Below are positions 56,146-64,000 of a DNA stretch of 64,000 nt, in pieces. The DNA comes from Acidobacteriota bacterium (GTDB lineage: Bacteria; Acidobacteriota; Thermoanaerobaculia; Gp7-AA8). The notes beneath the pieces were generated by a model. The model saw only the letters and a list, made by a program, of their open reading frames with translations. It did not search any database and had not been told where the DNA came from. The number at the start of each line of letters is the position of its first letter. Position 1 is the first letter of the stretch. The position numbers and the translations under genes are program-made. The DNA lies in assembly GCA_034667465.1 (NCBI GenBank), contig JAXDJV010000024.1, forward strand, positions 16,361 through 80,360, in the 5' to 3' direction.

Positions 56146-56215
56146 CCGCATGAGGTATGAGTAACGAGGCATGAGTAACACCGCCTTTACTCATACCTCG
56201 TACCTCATGCCTCAT
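56146..56215. repeat. Long imperfect palindrome built from CATGAGG / TGAGTAA units (gcatgaggtatgagtaacgaggcatgagtaa-caccgcct-ttactcatacctcgtacctcatgcctcatgc)
   Basis: Can be read directly. Lies between the transposase stop (56123) and the GAF/HD-GYP start (56239). Confidence 0.5.
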
Positions 56216-56238
56216 GCCCTCCCCCGTATACTTCGCCC

Positions 56239-57900
56239 ATGCTCAACGAGGTGAAAGCGATCGAGCCGACGCTCAAGCAGATCCTTTACGGCTGCGTCGA
56301 GCACGTGCAGGCGACGAAAGCGGCGCTGTTCATCTCCGCGTCGCACGACCTCAACGAAAAGGTCTACGAGCTCGTCACCAGCTATCAGTACAACGATTCA
56401 ACGCGGCGCATCGTGAAGGGAACCGACGATCTCGTCGATCGTCTCGCCGTGAAGCGCAACGCGTTCTACGTCAACGGCCTCGGCACCGATCAGCGTTTCT
56501 CCGAAATCCTTTTTCGCCAGGGAACGGATCGCATCCTTGCCACCCCTCTTTTTTCGCGCGGACGGCTCGTCGGCTTCATCGACATGCGCGACAAAGCGGG
56601 ACGCAAACCGTTCGATGCGCCCGACGTCGAAGCGGCGCGGAAGATCGCTGACGAGGTGCTCGCGGTCCTGAGCGCGAAGAACCTCTTCGGCGTCGGACCG
56701 GTGGCACTCGCGGACGCGCCGCCGCAGCGCGTTGCGCCATCGAACATCGATGCGCATTACATCGCATCGACGGCGGCGCCGAGCACAATGGCGGCGACCA
56801 GCCCGCACGAGCTCTCGCCGCAGGCGCTGAAAGCGATCGAGCAGGCGCGCGAGCTCCTCGCGAAACGCCAGCTCGCACACGCCGCGACCGCGAAACGCGT
56901 GCTGACCGAACACGACCTCGAAGTCGTCCGGTTGCTGCTTCCCGCCGCGATCGCTATCCCCGGCGCGGTCCTCGCCTGCTTCTCCGCCGCGGGACACGTC
57001 AACAATCCGCAGGCGATCGTCGCCATCGCCACCGTCACCGAAGACGCGCTCGATCTGCTGCAGGATCATCTGCAGGCGTGGCTGAAGAAAACGCATCAGC
57101 CGGCGATCACCACGCGGCCGCAGGTCGTCTATCCGTTCGGCGTGCAGGTCGTGCCGGTCAGCGCCGCCGGAGTCTCGACCATCCTCAGCGCGCCGGTCAA
57201 CGCGCAATCGGTCGAAGGACTCGTGCTCACGGTCGCATTCGAACGAACGCCGGAAGCGCAGGCGCAACGCGCGATGCATATCTTCCTCCGCCAGGTCGAA
57301 CAGTCGGTCGAATCGGCGATCGCCGCAAGCGGCGGACGCAACGATCGCCAGCTCATCGCGGAGAAACTTCTCGAGCCCGACTTTCAGCGCTATCCCGAGC
57401 TCGTCGATCATTCGCGACAGGTGTCGGTGATGGCGCAGCGTCTCGCCATCGCGATGGAGCTCGCGCCGCCGCAGGTCGAGACCGTGCGGCTGGCGGGACT
57501 CGTTCACGACGTCGGCCTTCGTCTGCTCGATTACGAGCGTTTGTACAAACGTCCGAACCTCACCGCCGAAGAGATGAAGGGGCTCGCCGAACATCCGATC
57601 GTCGGCGCGGCACTTGTCGAGCCGCTCCTCGGCAACGAAGTCGCGCAGGCGGTGCTTCGTCATCACGAGCGGGTCGATGGCCGCGGCTATCCGAGCCGCA
57701 TGACCGGCCAGGCGATTCCGATCGCGTCGCGCATCATCCAGGTTTGCGATGCCTGGATCGCGATGACGTCGACGCACTCGTATCAGATCCCGGTGTCACG
57801 CGATCAGGCCGCAACGAAACTTCGCGAAGGTGCCGGCAGCCAGTTCGATGAAACCGTCGTGACGACGTTCCTCCGCTCGCTCGCGCAGATCGGAGCGTAA
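56239..57900 (+). CDS. GAF domain plus HD-GYP domain protein (c-di-GMP phosphodiesterase-like)
   Basis: N-terminal GAF-like region. C-terminal HD (GLVHDVG) and HHERVDGRGYP motifs. Confidence 0.8.
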   Translation: MLNEVKAIEPTLKQILYGCVEHVQATKAALFISASHDLNEKVYELVTSYQYNDSTRRIVKGTDDLVDRLAVKRNAFYVNGLGTDQRFSEILFRQGTDRILATPLFSRGRLVGFIDMRDKAGRKPFDAPDVEAARKIADEVLAVLSAKNLFGVGPVALADAPPQRVAPSNIDAHYIASTAAPSTMAATSPHELSPQALKAIEQARELLAKRQLAHAATAKRVLTEHDLEVVRLLLPAAIAIPGAVLACFSAAGHVNNPQAIVAIATVTEDALDLLQDHLQAWLKKTHQPAITTRPQVVYPFGVQVVPVSAAGVSTILSAPVNAQSVEGLVLTVAFERTPEAQAQRAMHIFLRQVEQSVESAIAASGGRNDRQLIAEKLLEPDFQRYPELVDHSRQVSVMAQRLAIAMELAPPQVETVRLAGLVHDVGLRLLDYERLYKRPNLTAEEMKGLAEHPIVGAALVEPLLGNEVAQAVLRHHERVDGRGYPSRMTGQAIPIASRIIQVCDAWIAMTSTHSYQIPVSRDQAATKLREGAGSQFDETVVTTFLRSLAQIGA

Positions 57901-57905
57901 TCGGA

Positions 57906-57971
57906 GGGATGAAGGCTGAAGGATGAAGGATGAAAAACCCGGGCTGACCTTCATCCTTCATCCTTCATCCT
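57906..57971. terminator. Very stable hairpin made of three tandem heptamers per arm ((atgaagg)x3 ... (ccttcat)x3)
   Basis: gggatgaaggctgaaggatgaaggatga-aaaacccgggctgacc-ttcatccttcatccttcatcc, directly after the HD-GYP stop. Weak T-tract (ccttt). Confidence 0.5.
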
Positions 57972-57987
57972 TTCACGCTGACTCGCC

Positions 57988-59184
57988 ATGCAGTCGCTGA
58001 CCTCCAACGACTCCTCCGTCATCGCCAACATCCGCGCCATGCCGCCTGCCGCATGGGTGCTGTTCGGCGGCAGTTTCGTGAATCGGTTCGGCACGTTCGT
58101 GATGCCGTTCCTGATTCTCTACCTGACGCGCAACGGCTACTCGGTCGCGCAGGCCGGTTTCGCAATCGGCGCGTACGGCGCCGGCCATCTCGTCGCTTCA
58201 TTCCTCGGCGGACATCTCGCCGATCGCATCGGCCGCCGCAACACCATCGCACTCTCGATGTTTTCGTCGGCAGCCGCGATGCTGGCGCTGTCGCAGGCGC
58301 GCGGCTTCGTGATGATCGTCATCATCACTTCCATCGTCGGCGTCACGACCGAGCTCTATCGTCCCGCCAGCCACGCGCTCCTCGGCGATCTCGTCACGCC
58401 CGACCAGCGCGTCACCGCATTCGGGCTCTATCGTTTCGCCGTCAACCTCGGCATCGCCGCAGGACCGGCCACCGCCGGCTTCCTCGCCGAGCGCTCGTTC
58501 CTCTGGCTCTTCGTCGGCGACGCCGTCACGTCGCTCGGCTACGGCCTCATCGCGCTGCTCTTTCTGCCGCACGGATTGCGCGGCGCACGCGCCGAGGAAC
58601 GATTCGGCGAAGCGATCATCGTGGCGTCGCGCGATCGGCGCTACGTCACGTTCCTCGCCGCGACGCTCTGCGTCACGCTCGTCGATTTTCAGATGGGCTC
58701 GACGTTCGCGCTCTACGTGCAGTCGCAGGGATTCTCAACCGCCAGGTACGGGATGCTGATCTCCTTCAACGGACTGATGATCATCGCGCTCGAGCTCTTC
58801 ATCACGTCGTGGACGCAACGCATGCCGCCGCGTACCGTCATCGCCATCGGTTACTTTCTCTCGTGTCTCGGTTTCGCGTTGACCGGACTCGCGCACAGCT
58901 TCGCCGCGATCGCCGCAACCGTCATCGTCTGGACGCTCGGCGAGATGATCTCGTCGCCGATGGCCGGCGCGTACGCGACGCATCTTGCGCCGGAGCAATA
59001 TCGCGGACGCTACATGGGATTGCTCGTCCTGATGTGGTCTCTCGGAATGATGCTTGGTCCGCCGCTCGGCACACTCGCTTACCAGCATCACGCGACGCTG
59101 CTCTGGACGGCCTGCGGCGTCCTCGGCGTCATCTCCGCCGCGCTCGCACTCTATTCGCCAAAAGTTGAAACGAGGTCGACATGA
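57988..59184 (+). CDS. MFS transporter
   Basis: 12-TM protein with MFS motif GHLADRIGRRNTI. Confidence 0.85.
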   Translation: MQSLTSNDSSVIANIRAMPPAAWVLFGGSFVNRFGTFVMPFLILYLTRNGYSVAQAGFAIGAYGAGHLVASFLGGHLADRIGRRNTIALSMFSSAAAMLALSQARGFVMIVIITSIVGVTTELYRPASHALLGDLVTPDQRVTAFGLYRFAVNLGIAAGPATAGFLAERSFLWLFVGDAVTSLGYGLIALLFLPHGLRGARAEERFGEAIIVASRDRRYVTFLAATLCVTLVDFQMGSTFALYVQSQGFSTARYGMLISFNGLMIIALELFITSWTQRMPPRTVIAIGYFLSCLGFALTGLAHSFAAIAATVIVWTLGEMISSPMAGAYATHLAPEQYRGRYMGLLVLMWSLGMMLGPPLGTLAYQHHATLLWTACGVLGVISAALALYSPKVETRST

Positions 59185-60527
59185 AACGAATCGCTGCACT
59201 CATCGCAACGCTCTTCATCGCAACGGCCGCACTCGCGGCCAGCACCGAGATTCCGGTGACGTACTACCGATTGCCGAACGGACTCAAGGTCGTGATCTCG
59301 GAGTCGCGCGTCGCGCCGGTGGCGACCGTCGCCGTCTACTACGGCATCGGCTTCCGCGTCGAACCGCAGGGACGCACCGGCTTCGCGCATCTCTTCGAGC
59401 ACATGATGTTTCAGGGCTCCGCGAACGTGAAGAAGTTCGAGCACGCGAAGCTCGTCGAAGCGGCCGGCGGTCAGCTCAACGGCTCGACGCGACTCGATCT
59501 GACGAACTATTACGAGACGCTGCCGGCGGAGAGCGTCGAGACCGCGCTCTGGCTGGAAGCCGATCGGATGCGATCGCTCGACGTCAGCGAAGAGAACCTG
59601 AAGAACCAGCAGAACGTCGTCAGCGAAGAAGTGCGGAACAACGTGCTCAATCAGCCGTACGCGCTCTTCGAGTGGCTCGACCTCTGGCAAAACGCCAATC
59701 AAAACTGGTTCAACGCGCACAACTTCTACGGCGATCTGAAGGAGATCGAAGCGGCGAAGATCGACGACGTGCGCCAGTTCTTCCGCTCGTACTACGCGCC
59801 GAACAACGCAGTGCTCGTCGTCACCGGCGACGTCGACGTCGCCGCGACGCGCGCCGCGATCGAGAAGTACTTCGGCGATATCCCGCTTCAGTCGGTGCCG
59901 GAGCGGCCCGACATTTCGGAAGGAGCGCAGGAATCGGAGAAGCGGATCAAACAGACCGACAAGCTCGCGAACGTTCCGGCGTTCGCGTTCGGCTATCACC
60001 TTCCCGATCAGGAGTCGGCCGATTACGCGCCGATGGCGCTGCTCAATCTCGTGCTGCAGGGCGATGAGGGATCGCGTTTCTATCAGCGCCTCGTGAAGGA
60101 CAAAGCGATCTCGCTCGACTGGAACGGCGGCATCAACTTCGAGCTCGGCAACGAATTCGATTACGACGGGCCGATGCTGATGGCGTCGCGGACGACGTAC
60201 AAACCGGGACACAGCGGCGACGAGATTCTGAAAGAGGTCGATGCGGTCGCGCACGACATCATCGAAAAGGGAGTGACCGCCAAAGAACTCGCGGATGCGA
60301 AGGTCCGCTTCCGCGCGAACTGGTACGACCAGCTCGAAACGAGTTTCGGCCGCGCGAATCTGCTGGCTTCATTCGCTCTCTTCCGCGACGACCCGCGAAG
60401 GATCAACACCGTGCTCGAAACGTATGACAACGTGACCGCCGATCAACTCCAGGCGGCGGCGAAGAAATATCTCGTCCCGCAAAATCGAACGAGCATCGAT
60501 CGCGTCCCTGCGGAGGTGGCGAAATGA
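59181..60527 (+). CDS. M16 family zinc peptidase (active subunit, HxxEH)
   Basis: Signal peptide. Inverted zinc motif HLFEHMMFQGS. 4-nt overlaps with both neighbouring genes. Confidence 0.9.
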   Translation: MKRIAALIATLFIATAALAASTEIPVTYYRLPNGLKVVISESRVAPVATVAVYYGIGFRVEPQGRTGFAHLFEHMMFQGSANVKKFEHAKLVEAAGGQLNGSTRLDLTNYYETLPAESVETALWLEADRMRSLDVSEENLKNQQNVVSEEVRNNVLNQPYALFEWLDLWQNANQNWFNAHNFYGDLKEIEAAKIDDVRQFFRSYYAPNNAVLVVTGDVDVAATRAAIEKYFGDIPLQSVPERPDISEGAQESEKRIKQTDKLANVPAFAFGYHLPDQESADYAPMALLNLVLQGDEGSRFYQRLVKDKAISLDWNGGINFELGNEFDYDGPMLMASRTTYKPGHSGDEILKEVDAVAHDIIEKGVTAKELADAKVRFRANWYDQLETSFGRANLLASFALFRDDPRRINTVLETYDNVTADQLQAAAKKYLVPQNRTSIDRVPAEVAK

Positions 60528-61908
60528 AACGCGTCATCGCAACACTGCTGATGCTCGTCGCCACGTCGCTGCAAGCGGAACAGAAAACGCCGCCCCCGCC
60601 CGCTGCGCCGCGCGCGACGGAATGGCCGAAAATCACGGAGCGAAAGCTCGACAACGGACTGACGGTCGTCCTCGTGCCGTTGCACAACGTGCCGAAAGTC
60701 ACCGCGCTGCTGACGTTCATGAGCGGCAACGGCTTCGCGTATCGCGAACATCCCGGCATCGCGCAGCTCGCCGCACGCGTCGCGACCGAGGGAACGACGA
60801 CGCGCTCGAGCCGTCAGGTACGCGAAGCTTTGCGCGCCATCGGTGGCTCGCTCAGCGCAGCGTCCGACGCCGACGCGACGACGTTCGATGCGACGTCGCT
60901 CTCCGAATTCACACCGCGTCTCTTCGATCTGATCGCCGACGTCGCACGCCATCCATCATTCCCAAAGAGCGAAGTCGATCTCGCCAAAACCAACCTCGCC
61001 TCGGAGATCGCTGAGCAGCGCTCATCGCCCGACTTCCTCGTCGACGAACGGATGCGCAAAGCGCTCTTCGGCGCACATCCGTATTCGTTCGTCACCGCGG
61101 AGCCCGACGCGATCGCGAAGCTGACACGCGAACAGCTGCAGTCGTTCGCCGCGACCCGCTACGTGCCGAACGACGCGCACCTGATCGTCGTCGGCGACAT
61201 CGAGGTCGATCGCACGCTCGCCGAGGTGAAGAAAGCATTCGGCGACTGGAAGAAAGTCGAGCGGACTGCCGACGCATCGACGCCGTTCCCGAAGCGCGAC
61301 AAGCGGCAGATCTTTTTCGTCGACCGTCCCGACTCGGTGCAGTCCATCGTCCGCATCGCCGCACTCGCACCGCCGCGCAAAAGCGCCGATTACATCCCGC
61401 TCCGCGTCGCCTCCACGATCCTCGGCGGCGCCTTCTACTCGCGCCTCAATCGCAACATCCGCGAGGCCAAGGGCTACAGCTACTCGCCATACAGCGCCGC
61501 CCAACTGCAACGACGCGCCGGCACGTTCTTCGCGGAATCCGCGGTGCGCAATGAAGTGACCGGATCGACGATCCTCGAAATGCTCTACGAGCTCGATCGC
61601 ATGCGCATCGAAGCCGTGACCGACGAAGAGCTGACCTCCGCGAAGCGCTACACCATCGGCTCAACGGAAGTAGAGCTGGAAACGCAGGCCGGCTCGCCAA
61701 CCGCATCGCGACCATCTACACGTACGACCTTCCACGCGATTTCCTGGAAACCTTCCACGGCAAAGTCGACGCCCTCACCGCCGCCGACATCCGCAAAGCC
61801 GCCGCCAAATACTTCGACACCTATCGCGCCGCCATCGTCATCGTCGGCGACTGGGCGAAAGTGAAGGAGCAGGTGGAACCGTTCGGAGAGGTGACGGTGG
61901 TCAAGTAG
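60524..61908 (+). CDS. M16 family peptidase (non-catalytic-type subunit) with an apparent -1 frameshift near 61690
   Basis: M16 fold without HxxEH. After about 61690 the track frame turns into P/S/T-rich nonsense. The +1 frame instead gives a canonical M16 C-terminus (LANRIATIYTYDLPRDFLETFHGKVDALTAADIRKAAAKYFDTYRAAIVIVGDWAKVKEQVEPFGEVTVVK) ending at 61908. Confidence 0.7.
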
Positions 61909-61917
61909 TTAGCGGCG

Positions 61918-64000
61918 TTAGCGGAGGATTGGCGTCCAGCCTGGGCTCAGCGTCGCGACGACCCTTCCGGAGAGAAGCGTCACACCATCCGTCTGCCAGA
62001 TTGCAATCCGGTTGTCGTTGACGTTCTGCATGAGGATGTCGTGGCGTCCGTCGCCGTCGTAATCGGCAGCGCCGACCACTTTCCAGCCGGCGACCGGCGT
62101 CGCAATCACATGTTCGGTATCGAGCACGCCCGACGCAGAGAGAGTCCAGACGGCGACCGCGTTTGTCGCGTCGTTCTGCACGACGAGCTCCGCGACACCG
62201 TCGCGCGTAAAGTCGCCTGCGCCCTTCACTTTCCAGTCTGCTGAAGGCGTTGCCACGACGACGTCCGACGTAATCGTCGAACCGCTCACGAGCCAGCGCG
62301 AAACACTGCCGGTCGTACTGTTCTGAAGCACAACACCGGCGCTGCCGCCGAAACTCGCAGCCGTAATGACCTTCAGATCGGCGGGCGGATTCGCCAGCAC
62401 GCGGCCTGCGACGAGCGTTGCACCGTTCATTTCCCACTGAGCGACAGCGCCAGCCGGGTTTTGCAGAATCAGATCGGCCTTGTCGTCCGAAGTGAAATCG
62501 AACGCCGCAGCGACTCGCCAATCCGTAGCTGTTGAAGGCAACGCTAATCCGGAAAGGATCGTCAATCCATTCATCCGCCAAACGGCCGTAGCGCGCGTCG
62601 CAGAGTTTCTGAGAACGAGATCCGATTTGCCGTCGCCATCGAGATCGCCGACAGCGGCAACTTTCCAGTCGGCAGCAGGAGTGGCAATGGTGTTCGTCGC
62701 CAGGATCGTCGAACCATTCAGCAGCCAACCCGCAACCGCGTTGCTGCTGCTGTGCTGAAACACGACGTCGGCGGTCGCGTCTCCGTTCAAATCACCCTTC
62801 GTCTTCGATCGCGGCAGGACGAGGTGTGGGAGCGGATAGGAGGAGCTGGTCTGGAATTGCGGGGTGCCATCGTAGACGGCCACTATGCTGTAACTGCCTT
62901 CGGTAAGTGCCGCCGTGGTGAGTCGCGCGAGGCCGCCAATTACCGCCACAGTACCGAGAACATTGCCGCCGTCTTTGAATTGAACGTTTCCACCGAGAGG
63001 CGGCGGGTAAACATTCGCGGTAAAAGTCACCGCGTAATTCTCATGCGACGGAGATGTCGAGGCGCTTAACCCCGTAGTCGTCGGAACCGGATCGATGATC
63101 TGCACTACAGCAGCAGACGTGCTGTTACGAAAGTAGGGAGCGCCGCTGTAAGCCGCGGTAATCGAGTGCGAGCCGGGCAGGAGCGACGTCGTCGTAAATG
63201 AAGCGCAACCGTTGCTTGCGACGGGAACCGTCGAAAGGACCGTGGTGCCATCTCGAAAGGTAAGAGTGCCGCTGTCGGCCGCTGGCTGAACGCAGGCTTT
63301 CAGCGTTACCTGAGCGCCGTATGCGGCACTCGACAGTGGCCAGTCAACGGTAGTAGTCGTTGCGACCGGTACCGGCACCGGGAGCCTGAAAAGAGTGCCT
63401 TTCCCGCCCGGACCACCCTCCCCGGTCGTCCCGTAGAGATATCCTCCGCTCAGGAACAACGCGGTGTTCGGATGCTTTCCGTTCGTGCCGTCGAATGTTG
63501 CTACGATCGAAAACAGTCCGGTCGACGGCTCGAATCTGTAAACACTGCCGTTATTGTTTACGCCGCCGTTGGACACGCCATAAAGAAATGTGTCAGCGAC
63601 GATGACGCCGGAAGCCAGGCCCTCCACCGGCGACGGATACACCGTCGACTGACCTGTCGTCAGATTCACCCTGTACAGGGAAGAGCCTGTATTTGTTCCG
63701 AACAGATCGCCAGCGAACTCGACTACAGGCGAATACAAAAAGATGGGACCGGGCACGGAAAACGTCGTAACCACGCCGCTTGGCGGATAGTATTTATATA
63801 CCGTTCCGTTTCCTCCACCCGGGCCGCCATCCTCGGTAGTTCCGTACATGTAGTCGCCGACGGGGATCGGTGCGGCATGCGGACGATTTCCCTTCCCCGC
63901 GCCGAAGTCGGTTACGAGGGCGAACTGCTGGTCTCGCGTGTCGATTCTGTACAGCGAGCCCAGGCCGTTCACCCCGCCGCCGGACGTTGTGCCGTAGAGA
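61918..64000 (-). CDS. Large extracellular repeat protein (GloVer-type repeats, Ig-like domains, FG-GAP/VCBS-like repeats); N-terminus lies outside the window
   Basis: Repeats LYGTT-x-GG-x-G-x-G-x-[VL][FY] (TIGR03803-like GloVer repeats). Ig-like (LTFRDGTTVLSTVPV...GSHSITAAYSG). Six or more FG-GAP-like repeats (GDLNGDATADVV...WLLNG). The frame stays open to position 64000; the apparent start at 63972 is an internal GTG. Confidence 0.7.
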   Translation of the reverse strand, partial: LYGTTSGGGVNGLGSLYRIDTRDQQFALVTDFGAGKGNRPHAAPIPVGDYMYGTTEDGGPGGGNGTVYKYYPPSGVVTTFSVPGPIFLYSPVVEFAGDLFGTNTGSSLYRVNLTTGQSTVYPSPVEGLASGVIVADTFLYGVSNGGVNNNGSVYRFEPSTGLFSIVATFDGTNGKHPNTALFLSGGYLYGTTGEGGPGGKGTLFRLPVPVPVATTTTVDWPLSSAAYGAQVTLKACVQPAADSGTLTFRDGTTVLSTVPVASNGCASFTTTSLLPGSHSITAAYSGAPYFRNSTSAAVVQIIDPVPTTTGLSASTSPSHENYAVTFTANVYPPPLGGNVQFKDGGNVLGTVAVIGGLARLTTAALTEGSYSIVAVYDGTPQFQTSSSYPLPHLVLPRSKTKGDLNGDATADVVFQHSSSNAVAGWLLNGSTILATNTIATPAADWKVAAVGDLDGDGKSDLVLRNSATRATAVWRMNGLTILSGLALPSTATDWRVAAAFDFTSDDKADLILQNPAGAVAQWEMNGATLVAGRVLANPPADLKVITAASFGGSAGVVLQNSTTGSVSRWLVSGSTITSDVVVATPSADWKVKGAGDFTRDGVAELVVQNDATNAVAVWTLSASGVLDTEHVIATPVAGWKVVGAADYDGDGRHDILMQNVNDNRIAIWQTDGVTLLSGRVVATLSPGWTPILR

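Larger units (their letters stand above)
54780..56215 (+). mobile_element. IS-like unit around the SWIM-DDE transposase; ends not confidently defined
   Basis: Transposase ORF with an AT-rich upstream region and a downstream imperfect hairpin. No clean terminal inverted repeats found by eye. Confidence 0.35.

Noticed and set aside
54766-56240. Terminal inverted repeats for the SWIM/IS5-like transposase
   Set aside because: I compared 110 nt on each flank by eye, including the reverse complement. Only short direct-orientation similarities (TTACTCNTAC) were found and no convincing TIR pair, so the ends were left undefined.
1-64000. CRISPR arrays, tRNA or rRNA genes
   Set aside because: I scanned for regularly spaced short direct repeats and for tRNA/rRNA-like conserved blocks. 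None were seen. The only periodic repeats are the 21-bp coding repeat and the short TGCACAYAAAGT cluster, and neither is CRISPR-like (no spacers of uniform length).

Overview
High-GC (about 65-68%) bacterial chromosomal segment, densely packed with genes. Most genes carry strong third-position GC bias, which made frame and strand calls reliable. The content is mostly housekeeping and envelope functions. These include exbD, a large NAD-glutamate dehydrogenase, a metzincin-type protease, a fatty-acid beta-oxidation pair (multifunctional enzyme plus acyl-CoA synthetase), an ABC-2 exporter, and two ECF sigma/anti-sigma pairs. Also present are serS, pth, rnr, tdk, a type IV pilin-like protein, tonB, two M16 peptidases, and M20 and S8 peptidases. 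A GloVer/FG-GAP repeat protein, palindromic intergenic repeats and several DUF proteins suggest a soil Acidobacteria- or Gemmatimonadetes-like organism; this is inference only. No rRNA, tRNA or CRISPR array was seen by eye.

The features the ORF track does not explain are:
- A five-copy family of 85-96 bp palindromic intergenic elements with compensatory arm substitutions, plus a second two-copy palindrome family.
- A protein made of 12 perfect heptad repeats encoded by 21-bp tandem DNA repeats.
- A roughly 3.5 kb lower-GC island inserted between a DDAH-like gene and a GAF/HD-GYP gene. It carries a SWIM-zinc-finger IS5-like transposase, an XRE regulator, a two-TM membrane protein and an FmdB zinc-ribbon gene. 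It is bordered by direct repeats of TGCACAYAAAGT.
- A -1 frameshift in the second M16 peptidase gene.
- An 11-nt homopolymer inside a DUF4388 gene.
- A four-gene operon of DUF-only envelope proteins.
- A candidate small secreted peptide with a perfect Shine-Dalgarno sequence upstream of the ABC-2 exporter.

Coordinates that I derived by hand (repeats, hairpins, alternative starts) may be off by 1-2 nt.
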